Origin: Chloroflexota bacterium
GTDB taxonomy: Bacteria; Chloroflexota; UBA11872; VXOZ01
Direction: 5' to 3'
DNA length: 64,000 nt
Assembly (NCBI GenBank): GCA_963663275.1
Contig: OY760183.1
Location: forward strand, 1,920,001 to 1,984,000
The notes beneath the pieces are model-generated. The model was not told the DNA's origin. It was given only the letters and a program-made list of their open reading frames with translations, and did not search any database. A program made the translations under genes and the position numbers. Below, piece by piece: positions 58,916 through 64,000 of the stretch. Each line of letters starts with the position of its first letter. The stretch's first letter is position 1.

Positions 58916-59905
58916 GTGGCGGCACAGCGGCCTAATACCCCACCGGAAGCGGATGGGTACGAGCGAGAGACCGTGCGGCGTGCGGCTGTCCGTTTGCCGC
59001 TGCCTGATGGAACAGAGGTCGAGATTCCCGTCATTCGCATTTTTGGGCAGCGGCCCGCACCGAGGGTTGTCATCGTTGCCGGCGTGCACGGTGACGAACT
59101 GGTGGGGCCGCACGCATTGGTTGAACTGGCGGGCGAGCTTTCGCCCAGAGCGTTGCGCGGTACGGTAGTGCTGGTACCTGGCGCCAATCCGCTCGCCTTC
59201 GCGGCCGGTCAGCGCAAGGCCCCGGACGATCTCTTGGATCTCAACCGTATTTTCCCCGGCAAGTGCGGCGGTTCGGCAACTGAGCGGGTAGCAAACGGGC
59301 TTGTTAACGAGATTGTTGGCGAGGCGGACCTGGTCGTCGATCTGCACAGCGCCGGCCGCGAAGGCGATTTGCTGCCGCTAAGCGGGTTTCGCGAGGCGCG
59401 GAATGATTGCGCAAGGCGTTCGGCGCTGGCGGCCGCGGCCTTTGGTCTGGAGCACTACTGGATGATGCGCTGGGCGCCGGGCACGCTCTCTACGTGGGCG
59501 AATCAGCGGGGCATTCCGGCCGTGGGCTGCGAAGTCGGCGGCCGCGGCATGGCCACACGGGAGCAAATCGACCTCTACAAGCCAGGCATTCGCCGCTGCC
59601 TGCGCCACCTCGGCCTGCTCGACCCGCCGCTGGAAGTCGCGATGCCGGCGCACGTGTGGACGCAGGAACACCTGACCGCGCCCTGCGGAGGACTGCTGGA
59701 GACTCTGGTACCGCTCGGCCAGGATGTACAGGCTGGTGAAACGCTTGCCCGCGTGCGCGACCTCTGGGGAGACGTGTGCGACAAAATCACCGCGCCGCGC
59801 GACGGCAGGATCCTGTACACGCGAGTGCAGCAATCCGTGGGCGCAGGCGACAACGTCTTCTGGCTGGGACGGCAGGAAGACAATCCGTGCTATGCATCCG
59901 CTTGA
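58916..59905 (+). CDS. succinylglutamate desuccinylase/aspartoacylase family protein
   Basis: AGVHGDE, DLNRIFPG, DLHS, EVGG, biotinyl-like C-terminus. Confidence 0.9.
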   Translation: MAAQRPNTPPEADGYERETVRRAAVRLPLPDGTEVEIPVIRIFGQRPAPRVVIVAGVHGDELVGPHALVELAGELSPRALRGTVVLVPGANPLAFAAGQRKAPDDLLDLNRIFPGKCGGSATERVANGLVNEIVGEADLVVDLHSAGREGDLLPLSGFREARNDCARRSALAAAAFGLEHYWMMRWAPGTLSTWANQRGIPAVGCEVGGRGMATREQIDLYKPGIRRCLRHLGLLDPPLEVAMPAHVWTQEHLTAPCGGLLETLVPLGQDVQAGETLARVRDLWGDVCDKITAPRDGRILYTRVQQSVGAGDNVFWLGRQEDNPCYASA

Positions 59906-59941
59906 AGCGCGAAGTCTGAACCCGGATGCCACTTGATATGG

Positions 59942-60289
59942 TTAGGAACACCTGTTTTTCAAAAGGGCGTCGACCTCTCGGGCGAGCATTGGGAGATTCG
60001 TCTCAACTATGTCCCACACCAAGCGGTCATCCACGTCGGTGTACTGGTGGATCAGGATGTTGCGAAAAGCAATGATGCGTTGGTAATCGCTAATGCGGGC
60101 CGCCACCAATGCGTCGACTTTTGCCAATTGACTCATAGCCTCGCCGATGACTTCGAATTTCCGCTCTACCGCGGCGCGCAGCATAGCGTCACGCCCATAA
60201 TCCGCAAACGTCTTGCCATGCGTAAACTCTGCGAGCAAGTTTGCCGCAAAGTGGATGTCGTAGAGGTACTTCTTAACCTCAAGCCTCAT
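59942..60289 (-). CDS. HepT-like HEPN ribonuclease toxin (DUF86)
   Basis: AVERKFEVIGEA, RNILIHQY (RX4H), VWDIV. Confidence 0.9.
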   Translation of the reverse strand: MRLEVKKYLYDIHFAANLLAEFTHGKTFADYGRDAMLRAAVERKFEVIGEAMSQLAKVDALVAARISDYQRIIAFRNILIHQYTDVDDRLVWDIVETNLPMLAREVDALLKNRCS

Positions 60290-60590
60290 AGACGGACATC
60301 CTTGTCGCCTCGATTGCTTCCAAGAAGTACGGATTCTCAATGGCCGACTCGACTACCAGATCCACCGGCCTGTCGAAGAGTTGCTGCAGGGCCTCCAGCA
60401 AATCAAAGTACGTGCTGGCATAGGCGCCTGGGGGCAGGGGTTCGAACTCCACCACGAAGTCAAGGTCGCTTGCCTCCGTCAAGCCCCGGCCGGTCGCAGC
60501 CGAGCCGAACAGGGCAAGCCGCCGGACGCGGTAGCGTTGGCAAAGCCGCTCCAAGTCGGCAGTTCGGTCGCTAATGACCGGATGCAGCAT
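60279..60590 (-). CDS. MntA-like minimal nucleotidyltransferase antitoxin
   Basis: LFGS...SDLD, RPVDLV, NPYF; overlaps toxin start; TATAAT upstream. Confidence 0.9.
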   Translation of the reverse strand: MLHPVISDRTADLERLCQRYRVRRLALFGSAATGRGLTEASDLDFVVEFEPLPPGAYASTYFDLLEALQQLFDRPVDLVVESAIENPYFLEAIEATRMSVYEA

Positions 60591-60672
60591 GACGTCCTTC
60601 CGCTGAAATGAGCAGCAGATTATATTCCATGGTTCACTCCCGCCGCTGTCTTGGCCTGCGGTACAGCGAGCG

Positions 60673-61245
60673 TCAGGTGACCACTTTAAAGTACCCAGCA
60701 ATGTGCGTGTCGTAGTCGGCGGTGTGCTGGAAGGCCTTGGCGGCCAGCCGGGTGCGCAATGCGGAGTCCGCTTGTCCGGCGGCGAGCGCGTCGAGCACCG
60801 GGGTGTAGTCCTGTGGATCGACCACTACCAGCACGGAGCCGGCGTTCTTGGCGGCGGCGCGGATGAGCGTGGGACCGCCGATGTCGATGTTCTCGACGAT
60901 CTCCTCATGCCCGGCCCCGCTCTCCAGGGTTTCCACGAAGGGATAGAGGTTCACGGCCACCACGGTCACGGGGGCGATGCCGTGTTCGCGCAGGGTTTCC
61001 ACGTGTTCCGGCGCGTCCTGGCGCGCCAGAATACCGGCGTGCACCACCGGATGCAGAGTCTTCACGCGCCCATCGAGAATCTCTGGAAAGCCGGTCGCGT
61101 CGCTGACGCCGGTGACGGGTACGCCGGCCGCCGCCAGCGTGGACTGGGTGCCGCCGGTGGAGACGATTTCGCAGCCGAGTTCGGCCAGACCCGCGGCAAA
61201 CGCGACGATGCCGGTCTTATCGAACACACTCAGAATGGCGCGCAT
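60673..61245 (-). CDS. purH: IMP cyclohydrolase domain of PurH only
   Basis: SVFDK, STGGT, GRVKTLHP, NLYPF, IDIGGP, AAKN, HTADYD; no transformylase domain. Confidence 0.85.
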   Translation of the reverse strand: MRAILSVFDKTGIVAFAAGLAELGCEIVSTGGTQSTLAAAGVPVTGVSDATGFPEILDGRVKTLHPVVHAGILARQDAPEHVETLREHGIAPVTVVAVNLYPFVETLESGAGHEEIVENIDIGGPTLIRAAAKNAGSVLVVVDPQDYTPVLDALAAGQADSALRTRLAAKAFQHTADYDTHIAGYFKVVT

Positions 61246-61630
61246 TTTCTGCCAATCCCTCGACTACTCGTGAAGCGGCGCAGTATGGCAATAGCGGGCC
61301 AAATGTCCGCTTGCCATGCGGCGATACGCGCCGCGCGCACGCCGCACCAGCAATTATACACCTGTTGGGGAAGTTTCTTCTCTGTTTCGTCTGCCGCGCA
61401 CCGCCCGTTTTATTCGACATAATCATGGCTTGTAGGCGCACTTGAAGTCTGACAAGCCAAATTTTGTAACGCCGCCGGAGACTCGACTGCCTACCACACG
61501 CACAGTATGATTGTGGCAGTGCAGCGCACGCCTACTTGCTGCAACAGGGTTCCAAGCAACGCTCGCCGCTCGCCGCGAGAATGGAGCGGTTCGCGGGAGC
61601 CTGAGCCAAACCAAACAAAAGGATACACGT

Positions 61631-62596
61631 ATGTCCGGCAAGCGCGTGAAACTCGTCGTGCCCGGGGACTTTCCGCCCCAGATTCAAGGGTCGCCGCACC
61701 TCGAGCGGCTCAAGCCCTACGGGGACGTTGACCTCTATCTCGACCGCCCGCGGGGCATGGCGGAGCAACTGAAGCGGGTGGAGGGCGCGCAGGTGATTTT
61801 GAACACGCGCGGAGCGGTCAAGTGGTTCGCGCCCGCGCTCCAGGCGCTGCCGGACCTGCGGCTCATCGCCACCTGCTCCATCGGCGTTGATTCGTACGAC
61901 GTTCCGGCGGCGCGGGCCTGCGGCGTGGCCATTAGCAACCAGCCGGGCCGCACCGCGCCGGTGGTGGCCGAGCACATCATCGGTCTCATGTTCGCCGCGG
62001 CCAAGCGCGTTGCGTTTCAAACCGCCGAACTCAAGGCCGGACGCTGGACGCTCATGCAGAACGTGATGCTGGGCGGCAAGACCCTTGGCGTGATTGGCAC
62101 CGGAAACGTGGGACGCGAGGTCGCGCGGGTCGCCAATCTGCTCGGCATGCGCTGTCTGGCGTGGACGTACAATCCCTCGCCGGAGCGGGCGCGGCAGTTG
62201 GGGGTGGAGTTCGTCGCTTTCGACGATTTACTGCGGCAAGCCGACGTGGTGAGCCTGCACGTGCGGCTCAGTGACGAGAGCCGGCATCTGATCGGCGCGC
62301 GCGAACTTGGCTTGATGAAGCCGGGCGCGATTCTGATAAACGCCGGTCGGGGCGAACTGGTGGATTCTGCCGCCTTGGTTGACGCGCTGCAAGCCGGCCG
62401 CTTGGCCGGAGCCGGGCTGGACGTATTTGACCAGGAGCCGATGCCGCCGGATGATCCTATCCTTGCGTGCGATCAGGTGGCGCTCACGCCGCACCTTGCC
62501 GACCAGACGCCGGAAGGCATCGAGATGCTCAACGAGGGCATTGTCTCCAACGTCATCGCCTTCCTGGAAGGCCGCCCGCAGAACATAGTTACCTAG
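61631..62596 (+). CDS. D-2-hydroxyacid/phosphoglycerate dehydrogenase family protein
   Basis: VAEH, GTGNVG, NAGRG, LDVFDQEP, TPHLA. Confidence 0.92.
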   Translation: MSGKRVKLVVPGDFPPQIQGSPHLERLKPYGDVDLYLDRPRGMAEQLKRVEGAQVILNTRGAVKWFAPALQALPDLRLIATCSIGVDSYDVPAARACGVAISNQPGRTAPVVAEHIIGLMFAAAKRVAFQTAELKAGRWTLMQNVMLGGKTLGVIGTGNVGREVARVANLLGMRCLAWTYNPSPERARQLGVEFVAFDDLLRQADVVSLHVRLSDESRHLIGARELGLMKPGAILINAGRGELVDSAALVDALQAGRLAGAGLDVFDQEPMPPDDPILACDQVALTPHLADQTPEGIEMLNEGIVSNVIAFLEGRPQNIVT

Positions 62597-62660
62597 ACCC
62601 CCCCCAGTCTATTGATGATGCCTCATCGCAATAAGATGAGATGTATTCCATGCAGTCTCG

Positions 62661-62957
62661 CTCCGGTAGCGCAGGCTTGTAACCTGCGTGGGGGCGGGGA
62701 TTGTGGCGGTGCAGGTGGGGAAGCGGAGGCGGGGGACAAGCCCCCGCGCTACGCGTTCAGACTCCGGTAGCGCAGGATTGTAACCTGCGCAGTGGCGGGG
62801 ATTGTGGCGGTGCAAGTGGGGAATGCGGAGGCGGGGGACAAGCCCCCGCGCTACGAGTTCAGACTCCGGTAGCGCAGGTTTGCAACCTGCGTAGGGGCGG
62901 GGACTGTGGCGATGCAAGCGGGAAAGCGGAGGCGGGGGACAAGCCCCCGCGCTACGG
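62661..62957. repeat. three 101-bp composite REP units
   Basis: ctccggtagcgcagg at 62661, 62762, 62863; each unit ends gcgggggacaagcccccgcgctacg. Confidence 0.92.
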
Positions 62958-63005
62958 TTCCTGAAGAATCACGATTCTTGAAGAGTGACGGGTTGAGGCC
63001 GTGTC

Positions 63006-63809
63006 ATGGATAAACGCCTCGAAACGAACCGGAGAAACTGGAACGAACGGACGCCGGTGCACGCGGCCTCCGGATTCTACGACGTGGCGGGCTTCGAAGC
63101 GGGTCGGAACACCCTCAAGTCCATCGAGCGCGCGGAAGTTGGCGACGTGGCCGGCAAGACGCTGCTCCACCTGCAATGCCACTTTGGGCTGGACACCATG
63201 TCGTGGGCGCGGCTGGGGGCGCGGGCGACCGGCGTGGACTTCTCTGACGACGCGATAGCTCTGGCGCGGGCGTTGAACGAAGAGGTCGGCGCGGATACGC
63301 GCTTTATTCGTGCCGATGTCTACGACCTGCCGGACGTCCTGGATGAAGAATTCGACATTGTCTTCACGTCGTACGGCGTCCTGGTCTGGCTGCCGGATCT
63401 CGACCGCTGGGCCGAGGTGGTTTGCCGTCATCTCAAACCGGGCGGCACGTTCTACATCGTGGAATTCCATCCAGTCTTGACGACGCTCAAACCAGCCGCG
63501 AACGGCGACGCGCTTCCCACCTATAGCTACTTTCGCGAGGAACTCTACTTCGCCGGCGGTGAGCCTTCCTATGCCGGCGCCGAACACATCGCCAGTCCGA
63601 ATTTCGAGTGGCAACACAGCCTCGGAGAGATCGTCACGGCTCTCGTCAGCGCCGGTCTCAGGATCGAGTTCCTGCACGAGTTTCCGTTCTGCAACTACCA
63701 GGCCCTGCCCACCATGGCGCAAGGTGAAGACGGCTGGTGGCGGTTCTCGGAGAAGAACGACTCTATTCCGCAGATGTTCTCCATACGGGCGTTCAAGCCA
63801 CAGTACTAA
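63006..63809 (+). CDS. class I SAM-dependent methyltransferase
   Basis: LHLQCHFGLD, GVDFS, FDIVFTSYG, LKPGG, EFHP. Confidence 0.92.
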   Translation: MDKRLETNRRNWNERTPVHAASGFYDVAGFEAGRNTLKSIERAEVGDVAGKTLLHLQCHFGLDTMSWARLGARATGVDFSDDAIALARALNEEVGADTRFIRADVYDLPDVLDEEFDIVFTSYGVLVWLPDLDRWAEVVCRHLKPGGTFYIVEFHPVLTTLKPAANGDALPTYSYFREELYFAGGEPSYAGAEHIASPNFEWQHSLGEIVTALVSAGLRIEFLHEFPFCNYQALPTMAQGEDGWWRFSEKNDSIPQMFSIRAFKPQY

Positions 63810-64000
63810 CCGGTTTTCATTGGAGTCGTGCGACCGGCCAGACTACCGCGGATCACTCCTTGCTGCCTGGCACGTATGTTACAGAGTGCGCGGGAGCGAA
63901 AGTGAAACGAGGGGGCGCGTCGTGGCTAAGCTGGTCAACGGCAGAGATCGCAAGGTAGAGGAACACTTGCGAAACAGCCGCCAATTTGTGCGCCAGGCGC

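Noticed and set aside
61246-61400. ZTP riboswitch upstream of purH
   Set aside because: Hairpins present, but the conserved GACTGGCG and GCCTGGGC elements are missing
62661-62957. Possible CRISPR array (also 4612-4725, 12532-12705, 56290-56412)
   Set aside because: Intervening sequences are similar to each other rather than unique spacers, units match REP families, and no cas genes are present

Overview
GC-rich bacterial chromosomal window, most consistent with a Chloroflexota genome (inferred from the protein repertoire, not proven). Core genes are ileS, argS, valS, miaB, tRNA-Glu, tRNA-Asp, dnaG-rpoD, a class A PBP, citrate synthase and an IMP-cyclohydrolase-only purH. They are interspersed with many sugar-acid/amino-sugar catabolic genes, one intact MntA-HepT toxin-antitoxin pair and one deleted toxin gene. 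I found no CRISPR array, prophage, integrase or transposase. Most notable: (i) IleRS and ArgRS have non-canonical HIGH motifs (GVHH, TIGS); (ii) all three synthetase genes have structured leaders without a T-box, two of them with candidate cognate-codon leader ORFs; (iii) at least seven families of short palindromic repeats occur, which form tandem arrays, are targeted by nested MITEs with clear target-site duplications, and are inserted in frame in proteins; (iv) a glucuronokinase-like kinase is coupled to a GalU-like enzyme; (v) the tRNA-Asp is atypical. All calls come from reading the sequence and supplied translations; no database searches were run.
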